Origin: Dehalococcoidia bacterium
GTDB lineage: Bacteria; Chloroflexota; Dehalococcoidia; GIF9; AB-539-J10
Reading direction: 5' to 3'
Length of the DNA: 64,000 nucleotides
NCBI GenBank assembly: GCA_030602785.1
Contig: JAUVZB010000007.1
Span: 1,420 to 65,419 of the forward strand
Both the position numbers and the translations under genes were made by a program. Position 1 is the first letter of the stretch. Each line of letters opens with the position of its first letter. The notes below the pieces were generated by a model. It was not told where the DNA came from and did not search any database. It saw only the letters and a list, made by a program, of their open reading frames with translations. This document shows positions 19,734-29,459 of this stretch, one piece after another.

Positions 19734-21046
19734 GAGACACACCTCACATCAATCTTGCCGGTGACCGCCGCTGTGACGAGAGCCATGCGATACTCGCGGA
19801 GCACGTCCATGCTCTCGATCGCCTTAGTCAACAGACGCTCATCTTTCGCTGCGGCTTTCGAGAGCCACGAGAGAATCTGCTCCTGTTCGCCAACGGGCGG
19901 CACCGGGAGTCGAACCGACCTCAATGACTCGGAATAGACCACATCTATTGTTGTAGCATTGCTGATGAGTCGTAGTTGAAGCAGTACAATGCCCCCGTCT
20001 TGTATCAATGTGCTGAGATACTGTGGCAGAAGAATCGCTGCATTCGTTTGGATTCTCATCAGGCACGGATGTAGGATTCCCAGTTCGGCGCCTTCCGGGA
20101 CAAGAGCACAACGGCCAATCGTGCCACGCGTAGTCACCAAGACATCACTCGGGAAGACCGTGAACCCCTGCAACTCTTGGTACTTGCTCTCAGTAACGTA
20201 GTTATCTCCAGACCGAAAGTCGCAATCCAAGACATTGCGCTGGTTGTAGACCTTTTTCGTCCCTGAAACCATCTCAGACGACAGCAGTTGACTTCCGAAA
20301 GGCCCAGTCTTCAGGGAACTACTGCCAGAACGCAAGGTGAATTTCAAGGGGAGAATCTTCCAGTGCTCCGGAATCTCGCCCAGCCATTCAACGCCAGAGT
20401 TCTTCATACTGGCAGCAGGATTGAGGCCCTTGGTGACAGCGTGGCTGATGATGGCACTCCGCCTTTCCCGAAGGAGTTGGATCTGCCGCTGCTTCTTCTC
20501 AATCAAAGCGTCAGTCCGTGCCGTCTCTCGGTCGAGGAAGGAGGAAATGGCGAGCTGTTCATCGAGAGGCGGGACAAGGACAGGAAGGCTGCCAATGAAA
20601 TCCCAACTTGCACGGGGCATCTTGGTGCCATAAGTGGACGAATCCACAACCGAAATGAAGTCGCGGTTGAGAAGGTAGTCGCGCAAGTACTGCTGCGAAG
20701 TTGCGTTCGGGCGAAGAACCAGCAGTTCACCGCTGCAGATTCCATCTCCCTCCGCAGCAAGAACCTTGGCAAGATATGGCCTAAGCTTGCCGAAGAGCAC
20801 ATCGCCGCATCTGTAGAGATTCGCTTGGCCATCACTGGAAGGCTCGCCATTGGGGGCAAGGCGCTTTCCTGTCCAAGATTCGATATGCTCAAGGCCGGTG
20901 TATGGCAAACCGGATTGGTCTCCCTCAACCTTCTGATTCATGAGAGCAGCACTGTACTTCAGACGACGGACGTCCCAATGCTCTGGTATCACTCCCAGCC
21001 ATTCGATACCAGAGGGCCTGCAATTCGGATATGCCAGTCTGCTCAT
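19730..21046 (-). CDS. hsdS: Type I R-M specificity subunit (HsdS), two target-recognition domains
   Basis: Conserved central and C-terminal repeats LPVLVPPLDEQLAISSFLD...IEKKQRQIQLLRE and LPVPPVGEQEQILSWL. Confidence 0.85.
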   Translation of the reverse strand: MSRLAYPNCRPSGIEWLGVIPEHWDVRRLKYSAALMNQKVEGDQSGLPYTGLEHIESWTGKRLAPNGEPSSDGQANLYRCGDVLFGKLRPYLAKVLAAEGDGICSGELLVLRPNATSQQYLRDYLLNRDFISVVDSSTYGTKMPRASWDFIGSLPVLVPPLDEQLAISSFLDRETARTDALIEKKQRQIQLLRERRSAIISHAVTKGLNPAASMKNSGVEWLGEIPEHWKILPLKFTLRSGSSSLKTGPFGSQLLSSEMVSGTKKVYNQRNVLDCDFRSGDNYVTESKYQELQGFTVFPSDVLVTTRGTIGRCALVPEGAELGILHPCLMRIQTNAAILLPQYLSTLIQDGGIVLLQLRLISNATTIDVVYSESLRSVRLPVPPVGEQEQILSWLSKAAAKDERLLTKAIESMDVLREYRMALVTAAVTGKIDVRCVS

Positions 21047-23055
21047 TCCGTGACCTCCGACAGCATCTCCGCAATCTCATGCTCAATCCGCTTGAGTTCG
21101 ACTTCGATTTCCTCTATGGGGCGCGGCGGAACGTACTTGTAGAAATGGCGGTTGAAGCTAATTTCATAGCCGACCCTGGTCTTGGAATGGTCCACCCAGG
21201 CATCCGGTACATGCGGCAAGACCTCTCGGTGCATGTACTCGTCGACATCTTCTTTGAGAGGCACGTTTTCATAGTCGCGAAGCTCAGAGTCCGGTTCGGG
21301 ATTCCCCCTGGCATCAGTGCAGACATCGGCCGTCTCATCTCTCTCGGAGAGGGATGCCAGAATGGCCTTGAAGAGCGGCGCGGGTGCCACGAATCCGACA
21401 TTTCCGAAAGCGCCTCTCAGGCGTCTGACGAAGTCTGCCCGGTTCTTGATAGTTCCATCTGATTCCAGACCTCCCAGTGTATTGATGATGCGCCGTTGAA
21501 GTTGGCTACCTTTGGCATTTTCGGCTTCCGCAGCCGCCGTATCCTTTCGCTTCTTGCTGGTGGCGAGAGCAACGAAGGCAGGAGTCTCTCGTAGTCGCGC
21601 AAGGCGCTCAGCATCCACCGCGAAATTCAGCCGGACTGGCCGTTCCACGGTGATTCGGTGATAGCCGAAGTCGTCGTTCCCGAACACGCGGACATGCTCT
21701 CCATCCTGAAAGGAGCCATAGAGCCGAGTGATGTCATCGCGCTGACCCTCGCAGACCTCGTTTCGCTTGTTCCCGAGTGACTTGCGCATCTTCTTGAAGA
21801 AGCTGGCGCCATCTACGAGCTGAATCTTGCCCCTTCGGCCTGGCTCCTTGCGGTTGGTCACCACCCAGAGATAGGTGTAGATGCCTGTGTTGTAGAAAAG
21901 CTGGTCGGGAAGTGCCACAATCGCCTCAAGCCAGTCATTCTCGATAATCCAACGCCGGATTTCGCTTTCGCCCGAGCCCGCCGCGCCGGTGAACAACGGC
22001 GACCCGTTGAACACAATGACCAGACGCGTGCCGTCCTCCTTCGTAGCCTTCAGCTTGCTGATCATGTGCTGCAGGAACAGAAGCGACCCATCGTTTATTC
22101 GCGGAAGCCCTGCGCCAAAACGGCCACCGAAGCCCTGCTCCTCGTGCTCCCGCTTGATGAAGTCGGCTTCCGGCTTCCACTCCACACCGAAGGGAGGATT
22201 CGCCAGCATGTAGTCGAACTTCTTGGTCGGGAATCGATCCTCCGTGAAGCTGTCGCCGAAGGCGATGTGCTCGATGTCCTGGCGCTTAATCATCATGTCG
22301 GAGCCACAGATGGCATACGCCTGCTCGTTGTAGTCCTGGCCGAAGACCTCAAGCGTGGCATCGGGATTGAGTTCTCGAACGTATTCCCCAGCCACGGACA
22401 ACATACCGCCGGTGCCGCATGCGGGATCGTAGAGCGTCTTCACGATGCCCTTCGTGGTCAGAATGTCAGCGTCCGGCATGAACAGGAGGTTCACCATGAG
22501 GCGTATGACTTCGCGAGGCGTGAAATGGTCGCCAGCCTCTTCATTCGACGCCTCGTTGAATCGCCTGATGAGTTCCTCGAAGATGTAGCCCATCTCGATG
22601 TTCGACACCTTGTCCGGGTGCAGATCGACGTCACAGAATTTCGAGACAACCAGGAACAGCCTGTCAGCCTTGTCGAGCCTGGCAATGTGCTCTTCGAAGC
22701 CGAACTGTTTGATGATGTCACGCGCAAGAGGTGAGAAACCGTTGATGTGGTTGATGAGGTTTAGTGCGATATTGGTAGAGTCGCCCTTCAGCTTCTCAAA
22801 CGTGTAGCGGCTTGTGTTGTAGAAAGGAACGCCCGACACGCGGCAGAGGAAGGGGCCGACGTCTTTCACCTTGCCAGCCTCACGCCTCTGCAGCTCTGCG
22901 AGTACCGCATCCTTAGTGGGTTCGAGAACGCAGTCGAGCCGCCTGAGCACAGTCAATGGCAACATGACGTCCTTGTACTGGTTCGGCCGGTACGGCCCAC
23001 GAAGCAGGTCTGCCACTGACCAGATGAAACCCACTCTGTTGTTGAATTCAGCCAT
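21043..23055 (-). CDS. hsdM: Type I R-M DNA methyltransferase subunit (HsdM)
   Basis: N6-MTase NPPFG motif (LANPPFGVEWK), SAM-binding DPACGTGGML, N-terminal ...WSVADLLRG. Start at ATG 23055 with GAGGAG 9 nt upstream. The track ORF extends to 23088. Confidence 0.85.
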   Translation of the reverse strand: MAEFNNRVGFIWSVADLLRGPYRPNQYKDVMLPLTVLRRLDCVLEPTKDAVLAELQRREAGKVKDVGPFLCRVSGVPFYNTSRYTFEKLKGDSTNIALNLINHINGFSPLARDIIKQFGFEEHIARLDKADRLFLVVSKFCDVDLHPDKVSNIEMGYIFEELIRRFNEASNEEAGDHFTPREVIRLMVNLLFMPDADILTTKGIVKTLYDPACGTGGMLSVAGEYVRELNPDATLEVFGQDYNEQAYAICGSDMMIKRQDIEHIAFGDSFTEDRFPTKKFDYMLANPPFGVEWKPEADFIKREHEEQGFGGRFGAGLPRINDGSLLFLQHMISKLKATKEDGTRLVIVFNGSPLFTGAAGSGESEIRRWIIENDWLEAIVALPDQLFYNTGIYTYLWVVTNRKEPGRRGKIQLVDGASFFKKMRKSLGNKRNEVCEGQRDDITRLYGSFQDGEHVRVFGNDDFGYHRITVERPVRLNFAVDAERLARLRETPAFVALATSKKRKDTAAAEAENAKGSQLQRRIINTLGGLESDGTIKNRADFVRRLRGAFGNVGFVAPAPLFKAILASLSERDETADVCTDARGNPEPDSELRDYENVPLKEDVDEYMHREVLPHVPDAWVDHSKTRVGYEISFNRHFYKYVPPRPIEEIEVELKRIEHEIAEMLSEVTE

Positions 23056-23465
23056 AAAGAATGTCTCCTCATGAAACCACGCTGCCATTTCATGGACACA
23101 AGCGCGGTGTTTCCGTGGCTCGACTGGGGAGCAATCTCACGAGTGTGTTGGAGTCTAGACGAAACCTGCGGAAGGGGCAATAGGCTAAATTGCGGCAGAG
23201 AAGGTGTTGCCGAAAGGAACATGAGTTTCGCGAACGGGAGAGTACGTGCAAGTGATTCGGGCACGATGCATCATCCCCCCCCTCGCCTCGCCGCAACTTC
23301 CGGTCGCGCTTGCCCTTGTGACGCGCGCGGACTGATGGTCTGAAAGCTCTCAGCACACGGGCGAGTTCTGGCAGGACCGTTCGCCCCTGCCTTTCGAATC
23401 TGTTCTTGCTCCAGTGCGAAGGGTGGGCGTTTGCGCGGCTCGCGGGGCTGCGTTACTATGCAGCT

Positions 23466-25631
23466 ATGGACGTGGAAGCGCTGCTCACCGAAGCGCGAAC
23501 GTACATCCCTCTGGAGAAGCTGGATCTTATCAGGTCGGCGTACGAGTTCGCGTCCAAGGCTCACGAGGGGCAGGTGCGGGCGTCGGGCGAACCGTATCTT
23601 AATCATCCTCTCAATGTCTCGATGACGCTGGTTGAGCTGCAGCTTGATGCGGCAACAGTAGCGGCAGCCCTGCTGCACGACGTTGTCGAGGACTGTGATG
23701 TGCGACTGGAGGAGATTGAGTCGCTCTTCGGAAGTGATGTGGCGAGGCTCGTCGACGGCGTCACCAAACTGAGGCGCCTCACGAATCGTAGCGAAGAGAA
23801 GGAAATCAGCTCCAGAATTCAGTCGGAGAACCTCCGCAAGCTGCTGATGGCGACCGCGGAGGACCACAGGGTTGTGCTGATCAAGCTTGCCGACAGGCTG
23901 CATAACATGCGGACGCTCGGCGCGCTGCCGCTGGGACGTCGGCGAGTAATCGCCCGGCAGACGCTCGACGTGTATGCTCCGCTGGCCCACAGACTCGGCC
24001 TCAGGCGCATGAAATGGCAGCTTGAGGACCTTGCGTTTCGCCACCTTGAGCCGAAGCAGTACAGGCGTTTCTCCCGGCTCATAGCGACGAAGCGGGCAGA
24101 GCGCGACGGTTTCGTCGAGGAGGCCATGGAGACCCTGAGCGCGGCGTTGAAAGATGGAGGGGTGGAGGCCCGCGTGCTCGGCCGCCCCAAGCACATCTAC
24201 AGTACGTATCTGAAGGCCATGCGCTATGCCGATCAGGGGAAGAACTTCGGCGATATTCACGACCTGTTCGCGCTCCGGGTTCTGGTTGAGAGCGTGCCTG
24301 ACTGCTACAAGGCGCTGGGAAGCGTCCACAATATCTGGCACCCGATAATCGAGGAGTTCAACGACTACATCGCGAACCCCAAGGAGAACGGCTACCAGTC
24401 ACTCCACACGACCGTGTTCTGCAAGGGGACCACGCCCATCGAGGTGCAGATCAGGACCTATGAGATGAACCAGGTGGCAGCCTTCGGCGTCGCGGCGCAC
24501 TGGCACTACAAGGAAGGTGGCAAGCCCGACTCGACGGATGCCCGCATGGCATGGTTGCAGGAGCTGACTGAGCGGAGGGACGAACTCGACAGCGAGGAAT
24601 TCGTTGAGTCGCTGAAGACCGATGTTCTCACGGACCAGGTCTTTGTCTACACGCCGAAGGGCGAGATAAAGGACCTGCCTCGAGGCGCCACTCCGCTGGA
24701 CTTCGCCTTCAGGATTCACACGGACCTCGGCTACCGCTGCATCGGCGCCAAGGTGAACGGGAAACTGGTGCAGCTGAGCCAGGCCCTGCGCAACGGAGAC
24801 GTGATTGAAATCGTCGCGGCCAAGACCGAGCGGGGGCCCAGCCTCGACTGGCTGAACCCCGAGCTGGGCTACGTCAAGACCTCACATGCCCAGAGCAAGG
24901 TGCGGCAGTGGTTCAACAGGCAGGAGCGGGGTCAGGGTATCGAGACAGGGCGGCAGATGCTCGATCGTGGACTCAGCCGCCTGGGCATCGCTGCACCGCG
25001 TGCAGAGAAGCTGGCGGGCAAGCTGGGCTACACGAGTGCCGATGATTTCTACCTCGCCATCGGTCGTGGCAGCCTCTCCGTGTCGCAGGTCGCGGTCAAG
25101 CTGGGCACGGACATCGAGACGCCGGAGAAGAAAGTCGAGATATCTGCGCCGACGAAGGTCAGTCCGGGAAGCATCCGGGTTCTTGGCGTTGGAAACCTGT
25201 ACACACGCATGGCCAACTGCTGCAGTCCCTTGCCCGGCGACGAGATAATCGGGTATATTACACAGGGTCGCGGCGTCACCATCCATCGCAAGGACTGTTC
25301 CAACGTCATCAACGAGGTGGAGAAGGAACGTCTTGTCGCCGTTGACTGGGGCACCGTTGAGCAGGTCTACCCTGTCAAGTTGCGCATAGAAGCGTGGGAC
25401 AGGCTGGGGCTTGTTCGCGACATCAGTTCCGTCATTGCAGAGGCGGAGATTAACATCACCGATGTGGGCTTCGTCAGGGATGAGGGAGGGGTGTCCATTC
25501 TCAATGTGGACATCGAGGTGAAGAGCACTGCGCAGCTTAGCAGGCTAGTCGCCAGGCTCCAGTCGCTGTGGAGTGTTATCAACGTGATAAGAAAAGGAGA
25601 GACCATTGTCAGAGAGCAAGTCAGCAGATAA
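23466..25631 (+). CDS. rel: Bifunctional (p)ppGpp synthetase/hydrolase Rel (RelA/SpoT family)
   Basis: HD hydrolase domain (HDVVEDC), synthetase domain (RPKHIYSTYLKAM...), TGS and ACT domains. Start at MDVEALL. Confidence 0.9.
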   Translation: MDVEALLTEARTYIPLEKLDLIRSAYEFASKAHEGQVRASGEPYLNHPLNVSMTLVELQLDAATVAAALLHDVVEDCDVRLEEIESLFGSDVARLVDGVTKLRRLTNRSEEKEISSRIQSENLRKLLMATAEDHRVVLIKLADRLHNMRTLGALPLGRRRVIARQTLDVYAPLAHRLGLRRMKWQLEDLAFRHLEPKQYRRFSRLIATKRAERDGFVEEAMETLSAALKDGGVEARVLGRPKHIYSTYLKAMRYADQGKNFGDIHDLFALRVLVESVPDCYKALGSVHNIWHPIIEEFNDYIANPKENGYQSLHTTVFCKGTTPIEVQIRTYEMNQVAAFGVAAHWHYKEGGKPDSTDARMAWLQELTERRDELDSEEFVESLKTDVLTDQVFVYTPKGEIKDLPRGATPLDFAFRIHTDLGYRCIGAKVNGKLVQLSQALRNGDVIEIVAAKTERGPSLDWLNPELGYVKTSHAQSKVRQWFNRQERGQGIETGRQMLDRGLSRLGIAAPRAEKLAGKLGYTSADDFYLAIGRGSLSVSQVAVKLGTDIETPEKKVEISAPTKVSPGSIRVLGVGNLYTRMANCCSPLPGDEIIGYITQGRGVTIHRKDCSNVINEVEKERLVAVDWGTVEQVYPVKLRIEAWDRLGLVRDISSVIAEAEINITDVGFVRDEGGVSILNVDIEVKSTAQLSRLVARLQSLWSVINVIRKGETIVREQVSR

Positions 25632-25887
25632 GACTGCTCGGGCACAGGAGAAGAGGCGCATTCGCAATCGCGTGATTCGCGGCAAAACGCGTACTCTGCT
25701 ACGGAGTGCTCGTCAGGGTGTTGCAGGGGGAGACGTCGATCAGGCGCGAGACGCTGCGGCGGCTGCGATAGCGGGCCTGAATCGTGCCGGGACGAAGGGC
25801 TTGTTTCACAAGAACAAGGTGGCGAGACTGAAGTCCCGGCTGTCGAAGCACGTGAACGCGCTGGAAGCGAAGGGCGACGTAGAGTAG
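25606..25887 (+). CDS. rpsT: 30S ribosomal protein S20
   Basis: KSADKTARAQEKRRIRN... matches the bS20 family. TTG start overlaps the 3' end of rel by 26 nt. Confidence 0.8.
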   Translation: MSESKSADKTARAQEKRRIRNRVIRGKTRTLLRSARQGVAGGDVDQARDAAAAAIAGLNRAGTKGLFHKNKVARLKSRLSKHVNALEAKGDVE

Positions 25888-25972
25888 GGCTGCGGTCACT
25901 CAGCGAGTGCAGCCCGTGCGGGGAACTGACTCGAAGGGGAGGAAGACTCCCCCTGAGAGGTATCGGAAGCTC

Positions 25973-26521
25973 GTGTTCTCTCAATTCGCCACTGTGGGCC
26001 GTGCCCTCTTCGATGAGGGACTCGTATCCTCGCACGGTGGTAACCTCAGCATACGGCAGGGCGCCCGCCTTTTCATCACGCATCGCGGGTGTCCGCTCGG
26101 CACTATTGGGAGGGCGGACGTGGTGGAGACTCGCCTCGACCGAAACACCAGGAGCACACCACGCGCCTCGAGCGAATTGCCCGTTCATAGAGCAATCTAC
26201 TTCAAGACGCCTGCCCAGGCCATCGTTCACGCCCACCCCAGCCATGCGGTGGCCCTCACTTTTGTGGAGCACGAACTTGTGCCCAACGATATCGAGGGGC
26301 GTATCACGCTGCCACGCGTGCCTATCGTGGGGCAGGAGTACCTTTCGGGTCCGGGGGAGTTGTGCGACGAGATCGCGGAGGCACTCTGCCATTCCAGAGT
26401 AGTACTCGTGAAGGGGCATGGCAGTTTTGCCATCGCCCAACTCCTTGAGGAAGCCTACTACCTTACCAGTATCCTGGAGCAGAGTTGCCGCATCCTCTTC
26501 CTTCTTCGCGCCCTGCGATAG
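25973..26521 (+). CDS. Class II aldolase/adducin-family protein (fuculose-phosphate aldolase-like)
   Basis: SSHGGNLS and VHAHP metal-binding motifs. Start moved to GTG 25973, with GAGAGG upstream. Confidence 0.7.
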   Translation: MFSQFATVGRALFDEGLVSSHGGNLSIRQGARLFITHRGCPLGTIGRADVVETRLDRNTRSTPRASSELPVHRAIYFKTPAQAIVHAHPSHAVALTFVEHELVPNDIEGRITLPRVPIVGQEYLSGPGELCDEIAEALCHSRVVLVKGHGSFAIAQLLEEAYYLTSILEQSCRILFLLRALR

Positions 26522-26591
26522 AAGAGCGTGATGCGCGTCCTCGCAGTCGCTGCCCAGGGGCCCTTGGCCTCCCGGGCTACTTCCCGATTGA

Positions 26592-27509
26592 CTACTCAGG
26601 CTTCAGGAACGTGTACCACTCGGAGTACTTGGGGTTCCTGCCGAGAGTCACCTGAGTGTAGAGTTCCCGCAGCTTCGCGGCCAGAGGGCCGGTCTCGCCG
26701 TCGCCGATGGGCCTGTGGTCGAGCTCGACGACAGGAGCCACGTTTGTGGCAGTTCCGGTGAAGAACACCTCGTCGGCTACGTAGAGCTCGCTTCGGTCTA
26801 TGCTGCGTTCGACAGTCTCGATGCCGAGCTCGTTCCTCGCGAGTTGCATGACCGTGTCTCGGGTGATGCCAAGCAGGATACTGTCATAAGGAGGGGGAGT
26901 GATGAGCTGCCCTTTGATGACAACGAAGAGGTTCTCTCCAGTTCCCTCCGCCACGTGGCCTCGCTCGTTCATCATGATGGCCTCATCGAAGCCCGCTCGG
27001 TTCGCATCGGTCTTCGCCAGCGCGCTGTTCACGTAGAGACCGGTGATCTTCCCCCGCGGCGATATCTGGCTGTCGCTCACGCGCCTCCAGGATGACGTGC
27101 AGCAGCGGATGCCGCCGGTGCCGAGGTATGCAGGGAGGGTCGTCGCGATGACGAAGAAGCCGTCATCCAGGTCGTGGAGCTTCACTCCAATGGCCTCGGA
27201 TGACTTGTAGGCGAGGGGCCGACAGTACACGTTCTCCTTGAATCCGGTCAGTCTCACGGTCTCGACCGTAACCTCGGCCATCTTGTCCACATCGTAGGGC
27301 AGGTTGATGTTCAGAATCTTGCAGGCGTCGAGCTGCCTGCGGTAGTGGTCCTTGACCCTGAAGAGACAGAAGTGCTGCTTCTCCTCGTCCCAGAAACCTC
27401 TGATACCGCCGAAGCACGCGGTGCCGTAGTGCAGCGCCTGAGTCAGGATGCCCATCTTGGCATCTTTGAGGGGCATGAACTTGTCCTCGAAGAAGGCGTA
27501 GGGTTCCAT
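26592..27509 (-). CDS. ilvE: Branched-chain amino acid aminotransferase
   Basis: Fold-type IV PLP enzyme. ...GTACFGGIRGF..., EVFFTGTA, PLP-Lys region. Confidence 0.85.
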   Translation of the reverse strand: MEPYAFFEDKFMPLKDAKMGILTQALHYGTACFGGIRGFWDEEKQHFCLFRVKDHYRRQLDACKILNINLPYDVDKMAEVTVETVRLTGFKENVYCRPLAYKSSEAIGVKLHDLDDGFFVIATTLPAYLGTGGIRCCTSSWRRVSDSQISPRGKITGLYVNSALAKTDANRAGFDEAIMMNERGHVAEGTGENLFVVIKGQLITPPPYDSILLGITRDTVMQLARNELGIETVERSIDRSELYVADEVFFTGTATNVAPVVELDHRPIGDGETGPLAAKLRELYTQVTLGRNPKYSEWYTFLKPE

Positions 27510-27870
27510 GTCGCTATGTTCCTCCCAATCGTTATTGTGGCTTGGGGCCGCATCTCCGCAGCGCTGCGCCAGTGCCTGGCGGCGGACCCTGCCGTATTGC
27601 TGCTGTCTGCTCTCCTGTCCCCCTTATCTTGGAGTTGCCTGGGAATAGCAGGAAGCCTCCCTTTCGGGAGGCCTCTTCTCATTCTCCTGGATTCCTGAGT
27701 CTTTCTACTGTGTTGGCTGGAAGAGCCCCCCTCGCGCACCCGCAGTGCGCACGAGAATCATAACTGCTGCCAGCACAATCACGGGAGAAGCCCAGACTTT
27801 CATCATCAACCTGTCAACAGAGATGTATGGATTCGTATTCTAGACGCGCTGTTGCACGATGTCAACCACC

Positions 27871-28959
27871 TCACGAGAGTAGCTTCTCCACGACGAGGTC
27901 GCCCATCTCCTTCGTGCCTACCTTAGTGCTGCCTTCAGTCAGGATATCGACGGTCCGGTGGCCGGATTCGAGCACCGCCTGGACAGCGTCCTCGATGGCC
28001 TGCGCCTCTGTCTCAAGGTCGAGGGAGTAGCGGAGCAACAGGGCGGCGCTCAGTATCGCGGCCAGGGGGTTCGCAATTCCCTGACCCGCTATCGTCGGCG
28101 CCGAGCCATGGATGGGCTCGTAGAGTCCGAGAGTCCTTCCCGTCGGGAGGCCGCAGAGGCTTGCCGACGGCAGTAGCCCCATGGAACCGGCGAGCACGGC
28201 GGACTCATCGGTGAATATGTCGCCGAACACGTTGCCTGTCACGACCACATCGAACGCGGTCGGGTTCGTCACCAGCTGCATGGAGAACGTGTCCGCGAGC
28301 ATGTGGCTCAACTCGACGTCAGTGTATTCCTGTCCGACCTCTGTTGCGACCTGCCGCCACAGACGGGAACTGATGAGGGCGTTGAACTTGTCGACAGAGA
28401 CGACCCCTTTGCGGCGTCTACGGGCCAACTCGCAGGCAACGCGCACGATTCGCGCAATCTCCCTGTCAGAGTAGTCCATCGTGTCCACCGCCCGTCGTCC
28501 CTCCTCCGTCTCCCAGCGCTTCTTGGGCTGGCCGAAGTACAGCCCGCCCGCCAGCTCTCTCACGATGATGATGTCGGAGCCACGTACGATTTCGGGTCGT
28601 AGCGGGCTCTTCTCCGAGAGCATCGGAAACGCCCTCACGGGTCGAAGATTGGCAAACAGGTCCAGGGTTTTGCGCAGTCTGAAGAGCGCCTGCTCCGGTC
28701 GCAGGTCAACCTGGGGGTTGTCCCACTTCGGCCCTCCGACCGCACCGAACAGTATCGCGTCGGACTGCTGACACAGCGCAAGCGTCTCATCAGTCAGCGG
28801 AGAGCCCTGCGCATCGAGCGCCGCGCCTCCGGCCAGCCCCCGCGTGAACTCGAAACTGTGTCCGAAACGTCCTGCGACTGCGACGAGCGCCTTTTGTGCC
28901 TCTTCTGTCACCTCGGGCCCAATGCCGTCACCGGGAAGCACTGCAATCTTGAAGCTCAT
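27871..28959 (-). CDS. leuB: 3-isopropylmalate dehydrogenase
   Basis: MSFKIAVLPGDGIGPEV..., NLFGDILSD-like motif (GNVFGDIFTDESA). Confidence 0.9.
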   Translation of the reverse strand: MSFKIAVLPGDGIGPEVTEEAQKALVAVAGRFGHSFEFTRGLAGGAALDAQGSPLTDETLALCQQSDAILFGAVGGPKWDNPQVDLRPEQALFRLRKTLDLFANLRPVRAFPMLSEKSPLRPEIVRGSDIIIVRELAGGLYFGQPKKRWETEEGRRAVDTMDYSDREIARIVRVACELARRRRKGVVSVDKFNALISSRLWRQVATEVGQEYTDVELSHMLADTFSMQLVTNPTAFDVVVTGNVFGDIFTDESAVLAGSMGLLPSASLCGLPTGRTLGLYEPIHGSAPTIAGQGIANPLAAILSAALLLRYSLDLETEAQAIEDAVQAVLESGHRTVDILTEGSTKVGTKEMGDLVVEKLLS

Positions 28960-29459
28960 GCGTGTCCGCCCTCCAATCTGCGTCTTGTGTACGGTATGAG
29001 GCCGCCGGCGTCGATGATGCCTGTCATGAACTCGGGGTAGGGTTTGGCTGTACAGGTTGTGCCCCTCGTCCGATTGGAAATCTCGCCTCGGGCCAGGTCG
29101 ACCTCCAGTATATCACCCGCCTCGCACGCATCGACAGCCTCGGGACACTCAAGCAGGGGGAGCCCTATGTTGATCGCGTTGCGGAAGAAGATGCGTGCGA
29201 AGCTGTGGGCGATGACGCAGGAGACGCCGCATGCTGCAAGGGCAATCGGCGCGTGCTCTCGCGAGGAGCCGCAGCCGAAGTTGGAAGTTGCTACGACGAT
29301 GTCGCTCTTGCTTATGCGCTGTCTGAACTCCGGGTCGATATCTTCCATGCAGTGCTCGGCAAGCAGTGCCGGGTCGGACACGTTGAGGTATCTGGCCGGA
29401 ATGATGGCATCCGTATCCACATCCGCACCGTACTTGTGCGCCTTGCCTCGAAGTATCAC
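28956..29459 (-). CDS. leuD: 3-isopropylmalate dehydratase small subunit
   Basis: 167 aa. KYGADVDTDAIIPARYL, GCGSSREHA. Confidence 0.9.
   Translation of the reverse strand: MILRGKAHKYGADVDTDAIIPARYLNVSDPALLAEHCMEDIDPEFRQRISKSDIVVATSNFGCGSSREHAPIALAACGVSCVIAHSFARIFFRNAINIGLPLLECPEAVDACEAGDILEVDLARGEISNRTRGTTCTAKPYPEFMTGIIDAGGLIPYTRRRLEGGHA

Noticed and set aside
23089-23465. 376-bp intergenic region between hsdM and rel, checked for a tRNA or other small RNA
   Set aside because: No cloverleaf-compatible sequence or conserved tRNA boxes found by eye. Most likely a divergent promoter region.
23271-24341. 356-aa minus-strand ORF overlapping the 5' half of rel
   Set aside because: Antisense to a strongly supported RelA/SpoT gene. 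No recognisable domains.
25367-26440. 357-aa minus-strand ORF covering rpsT and the class II aldolase
   Set aside because: Antisense artefact. Pro/Ser/Arg-rich with no family resemblance.
27510-27870. 360-bp leuB-ilvE spacer with hairpins (GCCTCCC-tttc-GGGAGGC, GCGCAC-N5-GTGCGC), considered as intrinsic terminators
   Set aside because: Neither hairpin is followed by a convincing U-tract on the transcribed strand. Noted only as possible regulatory structures (see the palindrome finding).
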